Part shown: positions 29,227 to 39,796 of the stretch, piece by piece | Layout of the letters: every line of letters starts with the position of its first letter | Position numbering within the stretch: the first letter of the stretch is position 1 | DNA from: a virus | IMG/VR virus record: IMGVR_UViG_3300045988_115476 | Strand: one strand, 5' to 3' | Length of the DNA: 64,000 bases | Program-made: the position numbers and the translations under genes | The notes under the pieces: model-generated | The model's input: only the letters and a program-made list of their open reading frames with translations | Databases searched by the model: none | Told to the model about the DNA's origin: nothing

Positions 29227-29610
29227 ATGGCAGTTCAAAAATTCGACATACTGGACTATCTTAGCGGACTGACGAATTTCGTCTTTGACAAGTCTGTACT
29301 GAAAAGGGTTGCATTGGAATGCGGTGTTTCCGAAGTTGAAGCATACGCGGAGCTCACGGAGGAACATCGTGACCGATGCAAGGCGGCTCTGTTGGAGACG
29401 ATTGTCTTTGGTGTCTATCAAACGGCATCATCAACGACACAACACGGCTCTTACACCCTTACGGTTGGGTCTCAGACGATAACGCAGAAGTCCCTCGCCA
29501 GTATCAAGTCAGAACTTAAGCGGCTCTACGAGAAACTCGGCGAAGAAGACAAACTCGATGCTTTGAACGGCTCTGATGGCGATGTTAGGTGGATTAACGA
29601 ATACGAATGA
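29227..29610 (+). CDS. head-tail joining module protein (127 aa)
   Basis: Position; overlaps the next ORF by 4 nt. Confidence 0.4.
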   Translation: MAVQKFDILDYLSGLTNFVFDKSVLKRVALECGVSEVEAYAELTEEHRDRCKAALLETIVFGVYQTASSTTQHGSYTLTVGSQTITQKSLASIKSELKRLYEKLGEEDKLDALNGSDGDVRWINEYE

Positions 29611-29984
29611 CGATGTACACGGATAGAAACGCAATGGTAGAGTATGAGTACGACGGAACGTTCTACAAGAAGGGGTATGGCGTGCCCGATGATGGCGACC
29701 TGCTTTCTGACGAGCGGGACGACGAAACGGTCATTCTCACCACCAAATGCGACATTCAGAAGACGGACAAGTTGTTCACTTCGGGTGTGGTATCAATGGG
29801 ATATAGCATCTACTTTCCCATGCCACAGACGGACGAAGGCGAGGAACGCTTGCCGGAAGGAATGAAGGTGGGCATCAGATTTCGTGGCGAGATGTACGGA
29901 ATGCCCGTGGAGGGAATGGTCATTGGCATAGAGCCTACCAAACTTCATGGTTGTGTTGCGTACATCAAGGGAACGGACATTTAG
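29607..29984 (+). CDS. head-tail joining module protein (125 aa)
   Basis: ATGA overlap with the previous gene. Confidence 0.4.
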   Translation: MTMYTDRNAMVEYEYDGTFYKKGYGVPDDGDLLSDERDDETVILTTKCDIQKTDKLFTSGVVSMGYSIYFPMPQTDEGEERLPEGMKVGIRFRGEMYGMPVEGMVIGIEPTKLHGCVAYIKGTDI

Positions 29985-30014
29985 TCTCAATAGGTAACAT
30001 AGGATAACAGAATC

Positions 30015-30413
30015 ATGGCACATGGAATACAACGCAGGTTATCACGCATTGAGAATTTCTTTTCGATGCTGCTTGCAAAAAAGGGCATTGCGGATCAAGT
30101 GATTGTAGGCGAGCTCCCCCCAACTACGGACAAGGAGTGGGAGACGTTCGTCAACATTGATGTGGGGCAGCAGACGGACAAGGGGGCATACTCTACCGGC
30201 TTTGCCAACATCTATTTGTACGCAAGGCCCAAAGGCAGTCCTCCCGTGAAGAACGTAAAAGCCCTTGACAAGATGGAAGGTATTCTTGACGAGGTTATTG
30301 CTTCCTCACGGCATAAGGACTATTCCATCCATGAGTTGTACCGCGATAGCGGGTACGACACTCAGCGACAATTCCACTTCAATATAGTTAGCGTGTCAGT
30401 TATTACGAAATAA
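30015..30413 (+). CDS. head-tail joining module protein (132 aa)
   Basis: Position in the late operon. Confidence 0.4.
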   Translation: MAHGIQRRLSRIENFFSMLLAKKGIADQVIVGELPPTTDKEWETFVNIDVGQQTDKGAYSTGFANIYLYARPKGSPPVKNVKALDKMEGILDEVIASSRHKDYSIHELYRDSGYDTQRQFHFNIVSVSVITK

Positions 30414-30443
30414 CATATTTCCAAATTAAAAAAGAATACTATT

Positions 30444-31034
30444 ATGGCAAACAAAGTAATTCATACCAACACGGGATCATTCAAGTTTATCAAGCCCGAC
30501 TATATCGTGGCAACTATGTTCACGGGCGCAGAGGTTGACGAATCCAAGCCTCTTGGTGATTCGTACATCCTTGAGGACGTAGTGGAGGACACGACCTCTA
30601 TCTCTCAGGACGACAACGAGACCACGGACATTGAGTGCGAGACCTCCGATTCGCCCATCATCTCTATCGTAAAGCTCGGCAAGTATCAGCTTGCGGCAGA
30701 GGTCGGTGACACTCAGGCCGAGTTGCTCAAATCACTTTGCGGCTTCATTGCGGACGAGGCCGGCAAACGCACGATTGCGCCGTCGGCCTACAAGCCCATC
30801 TACGCTAAGTTTGACGTAGTGCAGACCCAGCCGGACGGCACGAAGATGGTAGCCTATGTGCTCCCGAAGGTGCAGCTCAATTCCAAGCTCACCATTGAGT
30901 CTCTGAACTCCAACTTGGCAAAGATTGCGCTTGCTGGAACGGCGAAGGACATTACCCTCACGATTGGCGCTAAGACCTACCGCACGCCGTTCTATATCAA
31001 CCACGACTACACCCTTCCTACCGCGACCGAGTAG
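30444..31034 (+). CDS. major tail protein candidate (196 aa)
   Basis: Call is by position upstream of the chaperone and tape measure genes. Confidence 0.4.
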   Translation: MANKVIHTNTGSFKFIKPDYIVATMFTGAEVDESKPLGDSYILEDVVEDTTSISQDDNETTDIECETSDSPIISIVKLGKYQLAAEVGDTQAELLKSLCGFIADEAGKRTIAPSAYKPIYAKFDVVQTQPDGTKMVAYVLPKVQLNSKLTIESLNSNLAKIALAGTAKDITLTIGAKTYRTPFYINHDYTLPTATE

Positions 31035-31120
31035 CGGCGTAGTGCATCTCTTGTCTTATACTATCATAATTCCAAAGTGGCGGCGGCTTCATGCCGTTCG
31101 CCATTTTTTAATGTACGAAT

Positions 31121-31561
31121 ATGGGTGCATTTTACGAAAAGGCTATCAACAAGCTGCTTGATTCGTTAGAGAACGACGCAAGGAGAATTTTGCGTGAATG
31201 CGTGGAGGAGAGAACGTACCAGCATAGGACACGAAACCTTTACGATTCATACGGGTATGGTATCTATGTGAATGGTGTGCTAAAGAGAACGGGGTATCTA
31301 TCTTCATCCCCTATGGCCAAAGTGCCGAGGCACATTTACGGAAAGGACGTGAGGGGACGTGAGGAAATACGCTCATACCTCGAAGGCAACAAGAAGAAAG
31401 GCGGCATTTCCCTGGCCATTGTTGCGGCCATGCCCTATGCAAAAATACTTGAGGAGGGAGGCGGCAGGCTCAAGCATTCCTATCGCGTCATTTCGATGTC
31501 GTTCCAAAAGTTGGAGCAGATAGCAGGAAAGTACAATGCGACCGTTTCGGCAATCAAATAG
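31121..31561 (+). CDS. hypothetical tail-module protein (146 aa)
   Basis: Position in the late operon. Confidence 0.4.
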   Translation: MGAFYEKAINKLLDSLENDARRILRECVEERTYQHRTRNLYDSYGYGIYVNGVLKRTGYLSSSPMAKVPRHIYGKDVRGREEIRSYLEGNKKKGGISLAIVAAMPYAKILEEGGGRLKHSYRVISMSFQKLEQIAGKYNATVSAIK

Positions 31562-31570
31562 ATAAATATC

Positions 31571-32125
31571 ATGGCAGTCTATAGAGCGAAAAAAGACAAA
31601 TCGCAGGAGGCCGTGGCCCGAAAGGAGAGAGAGAAGCGGGTGATGCCCGATTCGCCCATCTCTGACGAAGCTATGGAAAAACTAGCGAAGATAATGAACG
31701 ATTCTCCCACCATCGTCAAGCTGAAAGGCACGGTGTGGGAAATTCACGCCTTGAAGCCCGGCACGCAATGGCTTATTGCGGATGAGGCTTGCAAAATAAT
31801 TCGTGGCGAGAAGATGTCAATGGGCGACGTTATCAAGGAGTTTGCCACCAACCTTCCATCCGTGGCAAGGGTGATCACGCTTGCCCTGCTCAACGACAAG
31901 AAGCGAATATACTCTGACGAATATCAAGAAGTATATGAGCAACTCCTTTGGGGCGAGAGCGACGTGAGGGATTGGGCAACCATGCTCGTTGAAATCCTAA
32001 ACCTCCTCGACGTGGATTTTTTCTTCGCGAGTACCAATGTTATTCAGACCGTCCGCAATCAAGCCTTGACGAGGAAGACACAAGCAGCAGAATTGTCCCG
32101 TCAAGGACAGAATACGGACAGATGA
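31571..32125 (+). CDS. tail assembly chaperone (gpG-like)
   Basis: Immediately upstream of the tape measure gene and contains a slippery heptamer. Confidence 0.5.
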   Translation: MAVYRAKKDKSQEAVARKEREKRVMPDSPISDEAMEKLAKIMNDSPTIVKLKGTVWEIHALKPGTQWLIADEACKIIRGEKMSMGDVIKEFATNLPSVARVITLALLNDKKRIYSDEYQEVYEQLLWGESDVRDWATMLVEILNLLDVDFFFASTNVIQTVRNQALTRKTQAAELSRQGQNTDR

Positions 32126-32346
32126 TAGACTTTCTTAGGGCCAACACTTGGTGCTCGCAGGAAGAATACAAATGGGCAATGACCGTTCCGCAGGTGAGGC
32201 TCGCAAGTATGGACTTTACCCATGTGGAATACATCTCGGACAAAGAGACGAAGAGAAATGGTCGCGGCAAACGAAATAATGAGACCGTAATAGGGAGCGC
32301 AGACGACCTAAAGAGGCTCAACGATCTTGGCTTGCCGATTATATAA
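32017..32346 (+). promoter_or_regulatory. -1 programmed frameshift site and gpGT-like extension
   Basis: T TTT TTC at 32017-32023 in the zero frame (gaT TTT TTC). The -1 frame is open from 31993 to TAA 32344-32346. Confidence 0.4.
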
Positions 32347-32365
32347 ACTACTAAACATTCAAGTT

Positions 32366-35300
32366 ATGAGCGATGCAATAGGAAGCGAGCTTTTTATCAG
32401 CAAAGAAGCACTCAACGCTATTGAGCGTGCTGACAAGAGGTTGCAGAACATACAAGAGACCGCAAGGGCAATGGGAACTACTGTGAACAATGCCTTTACG
32501 GCCATGTCTGGCGGTGCTAATATGTTCGCCGACAACCTTGACAAAATCATTCAGAAGATGAGGGCTATCGGCACGAATGCCACCACTGCAGGCCAAAACC
32601 TCAACAACTCCTTCTCCAACATAGGAAATAGTGCAAGGGATATGGGTGGAAGCGTCACCAAAGCCTCCGAGGTCATTGATGGCATGCGGCAGAAGCTGTC
32701 AAGCATGAGTGGCATGGGCACGGGAGGCATCCAGCAGGCCGCATTGGCCTTAGAGAGGCTTCAAAAATCCATGCAGAACAAGAGTGGCATGAACATTGCC
32801 AACCTCAAGGAGGAAATTACTGCGATCAACAATATTCTCAAGGACAAATCATACAACCTTACGTCCTCTGAGCAAGACGAACTTGTGAAGCGCAAAAAGC
32901 TCTTGCAGGATGAGCTCAAGTATCAGGAGCAGATGTATCAGGAGCGGACTGTGGCCTACCAAAAGGCCCTTGACCGAATGGCAAGTGCGCAACAGTCATA
33001 CGAGAACAAGCAGCGAAAGAATGCTAACGAACGTGCGCAGAAAAATCGTGAGAAGAACTATGCCACAAACACGACGTACCAGGGTGCGCTCAAATTCTCT
33101 GATAGCGCAAATACGCTCAATAGGCAAGCCCTTGCAGTAAAATACCTTGAAGAGGCAAAGCACAAGTTGTCGAAGACGGATTCTGACTACACTACGAAGC
33201 TGAACGCACTCAATGCGGCCATAGAGAAGCACAATGCCGTGCTCAATGCGGCAAAGCCATTGACTGAGGCAGCGCAGGCGCGTCAGGCGAAGGAGCTTGC
33301 ACAGAAATATCGTGAGAAGAACTATGCCAAAAACACGACGTATCAAGGCGCAATAGATTTTTCTAATAACGCAAGGACGCTCAACAGACATGCGCAGGCA
33401 ATAGAGTATCTGAGAGCGGCCCGCATGAAACTATCTACGACGGATCAGGACTATAGCAAGAAGCTCATCGCCTTGAATACCACCATCGAAAAGCACGCGA
33501 AGGTGCTTCGTGATGCGGGTGTGTCCGTGCAGGGCCTCGGAAAGAAGTATTCTTACCTTGACAGGTACATATCCCAACTCATTCAACGCACGGCGGTACT
33601 CTTCACTTTCAACTCGGCCAAGGACTTCATACGACAGATTGCCGAGGTGAGGGGTCAGATGGAGATGTCGCAACGTTCCCTGGAATCTATGTTGCAGAAC
33701 AAGGTGCAGGCCGATGAGATATTCAACAAGACCGTACAACTGGCCGTCAAGTCGCCGTTCCGCATCAAAGACTTGGTGAATTACACCAAGCAGCTTGCGG
33801 CATACCGTATTGAGAACGACAAACTCTATGACACCACCAAGCGGCTCGCCGACGTTTCTGCGGGCCTTGGCGTGGACATGAGCCGCCTTATCCTCGCCTA
33901 CGGTCAGGTCAAGGCTGCGGCCTATCTTCGTGGCTCTGAGGTTCGCCAATTCACGGAGGCGGGCATCAATATGTATGGAGAGTTACAGGCCCTCTTCAAG
34001 GAACGAGACAATGCTGACTATACGACGGCACAAATCGTCGATATGATCTCGAAGAGAATGATCAAGTTCAAGGACGTGGAGCAGGTGTTCCAGCGGCTCA
34101 CGGACAAGGGTGGAATGTTCTACGAAATGCAGGAACGGCAGTCGCAGACCCTTTGGGGTATGATCCAAAAGGCGGGCGACGCCTTCGATGTAATGCTCAA
34201 CGAAATTGGCAAGAGTAATGAAGGCGTTTTGAAGGGCACGGTCGCCTCGGCCATTGAATTGTTGAAGCATTGGAAGAGCATTGCGTCGGTAGCCAAGACG
34301 GCAATCGCTTTCTTTTTGGCTATCAAGACACACTCTATTGTCATTGCAATGTATCATAGTAAAATCGTGACTATGCTTCGTTCTGAACAATTGATTTCAA
34401 AACTGATTCATGGACAATGGCGTGCTATAGGCTCGTCCATATCGAATGTCGTAAAGAGTACCGGGTTGCTAAAGTCGTTAGGTGTCGGCCTGGTTGGAAC
34501 GGCTGCTGCATTTGGTCTTGAGGCAATTATTAGACATTACCAAAAAGTTGCCGACATGGAACGAGAGATTGCACAGGTAAACAGAGAGTATGCGGAATCG
34601 TTCGACAAACTCCAAGAAATACGGAAGAGTTTTGGAACGGAAGACGACAACAAGAGCATTGAGGACAAAAAGAAGGCTTTTCAGGAGCTTGTCACTTTGA
34701 TGCAGAATGCGAACTTTGACATAAAGATCGACATTAAGGGCTTGTCGAAAGAAGAGCTTCAAAAGCAATTCAATGTGGCAGAGGGATTGTATCAAAATTT
34801 CATTGAGACAACCCGAATGATAGATTACCGCTTCAAGGAAGATTCCTCCATCAAAGAGGATTTGGACAAATACTCTGCACAATATACGAAGATCATTTCC
34901 AAGACGACCGACTTGCGCTCCGTTCTTGACAATATTGCTGTCGAATACAAGAACCTCAGCAAGGATGCACAGAAATATTACGACATAGCCGCAAAGCCAC
35001 GACAAGACAATGAGGATGAAATGGCGTATCTTGAGAGAACAAGGAACGCCATGCAGAAAATAGCTGATATTACCGCAAGAAATCAAAGAGCGGGAACGGC
35101 CCTGCCTGGATTTGTCAACGAAATAAACGATAATGTAAGACAGCTCAACGAAGAGATTGCCAAACTGGATCAACAGAAAAATTCGCTGCTCAAGTTTGAT
35201 AAAAACACAAAAACTTGGTCTGGTAGCCTTGAACCTATACGTAAGGAATTGGAACGGACGTTCAACGATGCGGTAGATAAAGGTATCAGAAAAGGATTGA

Positions 35301-38300
35301 CGAAAAGTGCGGCTGTCAAAGAGGCGAAAATGACTGTCAAGGCATCAATCGACGACCGTTTTACGAAGAACGAGATCGACCAACTTGGCGCTCAATTATT
35401 ATATAAGCCCTTTGGCATCAATGTCAATATCGACAAGGCGAACGTAGAGGAGGAGGTGTCATGGATTGACGACTACCTTGAGCAATACTTCAAGAACAAG
35501 AAGTACAAAATCAATGTAGAGGTTAACCAACTTGATGCATACGCCGAAGGATTCAAGAGCCTCCTTGAGCGTGGAGACAAAGCGAAGGAGCAGTACGAAG
35601 CAGCAAAGAAATTTCTTGAACGTTTCGGCAAAATGAAGAGTACGCGTAAAGGTTGGATTCTTGCGGACCAAGACATACGGACAATCATGGGATCTTCTTT
35701 ACCACTTGCGCAGAAGTATGTTCACAGGGACAAAGTAAAAGCGCAGGCACAGGAGCTCCTGCGCATATACAAAGACGAGGCTATTAGCCTTGGTGTTGAT
35801 CCAGACGAGAAAGAAAACAAAAAGAGGGGCAAAGAAAGGGAGAGACAGCAAAGAAGGGAACAGAAAGAGCAACGAGACATTCTTTCTGAGCGCATCAGCC
35901 TGCTCTCTGACATGAATAGCAAATACAATGAGCTGTTGAGGAACGAAAGCAAGGAGGACGCACTCCTTCACACTCGCAAGTACTTCAAAGAGGCGGCAGA
36001 GAACGTGGGATGGACTACGGACGACATCATGCCGGACGACAAGGCCGTGGCCGACCGCATCAGGAAGATTGGTCGCATGTTCAAAGAGTTCACGAAGCGG
36101 GGTGACGCATTCCGCAAGGCGGCTGACATCGAAATGAACGGAAGTCTCAAAGTTTACGAAAAGCTGAGAGACCAAGTTTCCACAGATATTGATGAGGCAT
36201 TCGCTGGCCTTGACCTCTACAAGAGGCTCAAAGACAATAACGTCAGCGAGACCGTTATCAGAAAGTCGTTCGGAGACCTTGCCCACTCATTTGATGATCT
36301 GCGCGACATGGTGAATCGTGTCTTCAACCAATACACCTCTGCCTACTTCGACAAAATGTATGGAAGCGACCCCAACAAATGGTCGCAGGAAGTACTAAAG
36401 GAGTATGAGGAGGCTATCAAAGATACGGGCAAGGCCATGCAGAAATACTTCGGAGAGGAGCAATACAAGCAGTACAAGGAGGCTATGGCCCGGATTACCA
36501 AGCAGCAGAACCAACAGACCATTGATGACTTCAACAGGCTGACCAGCGACTACAAAACGAAGCTGACGGAGCAACTGGAGCTCGACAAATGGTATGTGGA
36601 GGAACGTCGCAAGATATACGACGACGAGACGTTGAAGAATAATCCCGAATTACAGAAGGAAGATCTCGACAACCTCAAGAAACAGTACGACAAGAAGACT
36701 ACGGACAACTCCTGGAAGTCGTTCCAAGAAAGCGATATGTATATACGCCTCTTCGAGAACCTTGATCATGCTTCAACCGCCATGCTGACGGCCATGCGGG
36801 ACAAACTACAGTCCATCAAAGAGAGCCTCAAAGACCTCGATCCTGCACAAATCAAGCAAATTGTGCAACAAATGGAGAAGCTGGACGAAAGGATTCTTGC
36901 CAACAACCTCAATAAGAACCCGTTCAAAAACCTTGTGTCAAACATCAAGGAGTACGTCAAGTATGCAAAGGAACGTGAGCAGATTGAGAAACGATACACG
37001 GCCTACCTCAAAATGCAGAACCACCTCGAAACACAGAAGCGGGAAGAGGAGCTACTCGTGGCCGAGGCCGACGAAAAGTACAAAAACGACGAAAAGGTTC
37101 ATGGCGCGGATTCTGAGGAGGCTAAGTCGGCCAAGGCGGTGCTTGAGGTAAGAAAGCAGAACCTTGCCGTTATTTCCCACCAACTCAAAGAACAGGAGAA
37201 GATAACGAAAGAGGAGGCCAAGCAACTGAACAATGGCGAGAAGCTGAAGAAGGCCCTCATGGAGCAATCACAGAAGATTGGAGATTCCTTCGGAGATGCG
37301 GCATCGGCCATCAATGCGTCATTTGAGATGCTGGAAGACTGGGGCATCGACGCCGAAATCCCCGACGAAATGACGGAGATAGTGGGCGGCTTCGAAAAGA
37401 TTGATTCTTCCCTGCACCAGATAGCATCTGGCAAGTATATCACCGGCGCGGTATCGCTCATCGGCGGTATCGGCAAGTCCCTCGGCGGCATCTTCGGATG
37501 GGGCACGAAGGACAAGAAGCTGGAGAAGAAGATTGCCAAACACCAAAGGGCCATCGAAAGGCTCTCGGAGGCTTATGAAAAGCTAAAAGAGAGCATGGAT
37601 GATGCGTGGAGCATGGAGGACTTGAAAAAGTACAACGACGAGATGGTGAAGAACATCGAATTGCAGAACGCCAACCTTCGCTCCATGATTGCTGCGGAAA
37701 AGGACAAGAAAAAAACCGATAGCAACAAAATCCACGAGTACGAAAAGCAGCTTGAAGAGAACATGAAGGTGCTCAAGGAGATGAAGGAAAGCCTCATCGA
37801 GCAACTGGGTGGATTCGGAAGCGAGGCCAACTACAAGGCGGCGGCGCAAGCCTTCGCAGACGCATGGTTTGACGCTTTCAAAGAAGGCAGCAATGCACTC
37901 GACGCACTCAACGAGAAGTTTGAAGAGTACATTCAGAACCTTATCAAGAAGCAGCTCATGCTCCGGGTGGCACAGAAATACTTGAAGCCATTGCTTGAGA
38001 TGGTTGACAAGTCGCTGGAAGAAGGTAGCGACGGTGGCATGAAGCTCACGGACCAGGAACTTGCCGCAATCAACAAGCTTGGCGATTCAACAATGAAGCA
38101 GTTGGAAGAAGCATTCAAGAACGTGACGGATTCGATCGGTTTTGTTAGTAAGGCGAAAGACAACCTTTCTGGCCTCCAGCAGGGCATACAAGCCGTCACG
38201 GAGACTACGGCAAAATCGCTTGAGGGATTGCTGGGAAGTATGAGATACTACCTCGCAACACAACAGGCCGACGTGAGAATCATACGTGACACCCTCCTCG

Positions 38301-38470
38301 AAAGGCTCGGGACGATTGCTCAGCAGCAGGCAGGCGGTTCGTCAAACATCATGGTGGATCTCCTGCAACAGCAAGTGGAGTATATGAAGAGGCTATCGTC
38401 AAACTTTGAAAGCGTCATGAAGGCGGGACACTCCAAAGGTGGATATGGTCTGCGGGTATTCCTCAACTAA
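32366..38470 (+). CDS. tape measure protein (about 2034 aa from ATG 32366)
   Basis: Very long helical ORF after the chaperone pair, with a hydrophobic central segment and an internal 88-codon tandem duplication. Confidence 0.8.
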   Translation: MSDAIGSELFISKEALNAIERADKRLQNIQETARAMGTTVNNAFTAMSGGANMFADNLDKIIQKMRAIGTNATTAGQNLNNSFSNIGNSARDMGGSVTKASEVIDGMRQKLSSMSGMGTGGIQQAALALERLQKSMQNKSGMNIANLKEEITAINNILKDKSYNLTSSEQDELVKRKKLLQDELKYQEQMYQERTVAYQKALDRMASAQQSYENKQRKNANERAQKNREKNYATNTTYQGALKFSDSANTLNRQALAVKYLEEAKHKLSKTDSDYTTKLNALNAAIEKHNAVLNAAKPLTEAAQARQAKELAQKYREKNYAKNTTYQGAIDFSNNARTLNRHAQAIEYLRAARMKLSTTDQDYSKKLIALNTTIEKHAKVLRDAGVSVQGLGKKYSYLDRYISQLIQRTAVLFTFNSAKDFIRQIAEVRGQMEMSQRSLESMLQNKVQADEIFNKTVQLAVKSPFRIKDLVNYTKQLAAYRIENDKLYDTTKRLADVSAGLGVDMSRLILAYGQVKAAAYLRGSEVRQFTEAGINMYGELQALFKERDNADYTTAQIVDMISKRMIKFKDVEQVFQRLTDKGGMFYEMQERQSQTLWGMIQKAGDAFDVMLNEIGKSNEGVLKGTVASAIELLKHWKSIASVAKTAIAFFLAIKTHSIVIAMYHSKIVTMLRSEQLISKLIHGQWRAIGSSISNVVKSTGLLKSLGVGLVGTAAAFGLEAIIRHYQKVADMEREIAQVNREYAESFDKLQEIRKSFGTEDDNKSIEDKKKAFQELVTLMQNANFDIKIDIKGLSKEELQKQFNVAEGLYQNFIETTRMIDYRFKEDSSIKEDLDKYSAQYTKIISKTTDLRSVLDNIAVEYKNLSKDAQKYYDIAAKPRQDNEDEMAYLERTRNAMQKIADITARNQRAGTALPGFVNEINDNVRQLNEEIAKLDQQKNSLLKFDKNTKTWSGSLEPIRKELERTFNDAVDKGIRKGLTKSAAVKEAKMTVKASIDDRFTKNEIDQLGAQLLYKPFGINVNIDKANVEEEVSWIDDYLEQYFKNKKYKINVEVNQLDAYAEGFKSLLERGDKAKEQYEAAKKFLERFGKMKSTRKGWILADQDIRTIMGSSLPLAQKYVHRDKVKAQAQELLRIYKDEAISLGVDPDEKENKKRGKERERQQRREQKEQRDILSERISLLSDMNSKYNELLRNESKEDALLHTRKYFKEAAENVGWTTDDIMPDDKAVADRIRKIGRMFKEFTKRGDAFRKAADIEMNGSLKVYEKLRDQVSTDIDEAFAGLDLYKRLKDNNVSETVIRKSFGDLAHSFDDLRDMVNRVFNQYTSAYFDKMYGSDPNKWSQEVLKEYEEAIKDTGKAMQKYFGEEQYKQYKEAMARITKQQNQQTIDDFNRLTSDYKTKLTEQLELDKWYVEERRKIYDDETLKNNPELQKEDLDNLKKQYDKKTTDNSWKSFQESDMYIRLFENLDHASTAMLTAMRDKLQSIKESLKDLDPAQIKQIVQQMEKLDERILANNLNKNPFKNLVSNIKEYVKYAKEREQIEKRYTAYLKMQNHLETQKREEELLVAEADEKYKNDEKVHGADSEEAKSAKAVLEVRKQNLAVISHQLKEQEKITKEEAKQLNNGEKLKKALMEQSQKIGDSFGDAASAINASFEMLEDWGIDAEIPDEMTEIVGGFEKIDSSLHQIASGKYITGAVSLIGGIGKSLGGIFGWGTKDKKLEKKIAKHQRAIERLSEAYEKLKESMDDAWSMEDLKKYNDEMVKNIELQNANLRSMIAAEKDKKKTDSNKIHEYEKQLEENMKVLKEMKESLIEQLGGFGSEANYKAAAQAFADAWFDAFKEGSNALDALNEKFEEYIQNLIKKQLMLRVAQKYLKPLLEMVDKSLEEGSDGGMKLTDQELAAINKLGDSTMKQLEEAFKNVTDSIGFVSKAKDNLSGLQQGIQAVTETTAKSLEGLLGSMRYYLATQQADVRIIRDTLLERLGTIAQQQAGGSSNIMVDLLQQQVEYMKRLSSNFESVMKAGHSKGGYGLRVFLN

Positions 38471-38496
38471 CGGACGATAAGCCATACAAAGAATGC

Positions 38497-38536
38497 GGGC
38501 AGTACGGGTCTCACGACTGGTACTGCCCTATTTTTA
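38497..38536 (+). terminator. terminator after the tape measure gene
   Basis: GGGCAGTAC (38497-38505) pairs with GTACTGCCC (38520-38528), followed by TATTTTTATT. Confidence 0.5.
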
Positions 38537-38567
38537 TTGATATGAAAGCATAAAAGTACAAAACAAT

Positions 38568-39122
38568 CTATTTCCGATTATTCCATCGAGAAGACGGAAT
38601 ATGAGTTTTCGTGTATTTGATTGCGCCACGACAATGGTTCGTTATTCCAACATGGCTATCGTCGCCATAGACGTACACCTCGCAAGCACCAAAGACAGAA
38701 AGATGAATCTCAGAGCCACCACACACATACACACGGCCATAGGACGAAGGAGGCACGACAATATTAAGGCACTTGCATCCCGCAACAAGCGTTATGGTGG
38801 AATAAAGATAATACATTCCCTCCAGGCCAACGAGCATCTCGCTGGAATAGCCATGCGGCCCGCTATCCCGCTTGTATTTGCCGTTGATGTAGTCGGCAAA
38901 GTGCCTATTGAAGAAATCCACGCCCAATCCCCAACCGAAAGCGATGGAATCGGCAATGAAATCCACACCGTTAGAATCAAGGGCCAAATCCATCAACTGG
39001 CGCTTGTCGGTACATTCGTCCCACTTCTTCTTGTACTGGTCACAAAGACCAAGGGACATGGCAACACGCTTGAAAGACAACAAATCATTTACCATAGATC
39101 TCACGCAGTTTTGATAAGACAT
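38568..39122 (-). CDS. hypothetical protein (184 aa from ATG 39122)
   Basis: The N-terminal 93 codons of the track ORF overlap the upstream gene in another frame, so the MSYQNCV start is preferred. Confidence 0.45.
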   Translation of the reverse strand: MSYQNCVRSMVNDLLSFKRVAMSLGLCDQYKKKWDECTDKRQLMDLALDSNGVDFIADSIAFGWGLGVDFFNRHFADYINGKYKRDSGPHGYSSEMLVGLEGMYYLYSTITLVAGCKCLNIVVPPSSYGRVYVCGGSEIHLSVFGACEVYVYGDDSHVGITNHCRGAIKYTKTHIPSSRWNNRK

Positions 39123-39408
39123 GTTCGTAAGCGGCAGAATAGGCGGAATCACTCCTGCGGACATGGCGGCTCTTGCGGATACTGCGCATGATGCTCTCAC
39201 GAACCATACCCGCACGCTGGGAAATAACGGAATAAGAGAAGCCGTATTTGTTGTGGAAGATGTCAAAGACGAAGCCACGGGCCACGGAACGGCAAACGGG
39301 TATGTTGCCCGTGCCAGCGTACAAATCTTCAACAGAGACGGCAGCACGGCCCGTTGAGGCCAAAGCCTCAGAGACACCCTCGCAGACCAACACCTCCACA
39401 TTCATCAT
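39085..39408 (-). CDS. DnaA C-terminal-domain-like HTH protein
   Basis: IPVCRSVARGFVFDIFHNKYGFSYSVISQRAGMVRESIMRSIRKSRH resembles Bac_DnaA_C. Confidence 0.45.
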   Translation of the reverse strand: MMNVEVLVCEGVSEALASTGRAAVSVEDLYAGTGNIPVCRSVARGFVFDIFHNKYGFSYSVISQRAGMVRESIMRSIRKSRHVRRSDSAYSAAYEHVLSKLREIYGK

Positions 39409-39415
39409 GATGTAA

Positions 39416-39796
39416 TTATCCCTTTTTCTCATCGTCAAATATCCGTTCATAACCATAGTCGCTAACAATAAAACCTACATGGCCGACGGCCTTCTTGTCA
39501 GAAGGAGAAATGACACCGGCCTGTATCATACGCTCACGCATTTCAGCGGTAATAGTGGGAGTGAGGCGCTTGCCACGGCCATACGACTTCTTGTTCACAT
39601 GAAGCACCTGCTTGGGAGTGGCGCGACCGTTAGGGTCATACTCTATCCCGTTCTGAATAAACGGAATGAAGATGCCCTCGCGCACATTGCCCTGAGCGTC
39701 GGCCATGCGCACAATGCGATAGTCCCTATACAAAGAAAAGTATATGGAAACATAATACCGATCACGCCACTCCTTCGCGTCCCCCGTGTCAGCCAT
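39416..39796 (-). CDS. hypothetical protein (126 aa)
   Basis: ORF in the leftward early cluster. Confidence 0.5.
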   Translation of the reverse strand: MADTGDAKEWRDRYYVSIYFSLYRDYRIVRMADAQGNVREGIFIPFIQNGIEYDPNGRATPKQVLHVNKKSYGRGKRLTPTITAEMRERMIQAGVISPSDKKAVGHVGFIVSDYGYERIFDDEKKG

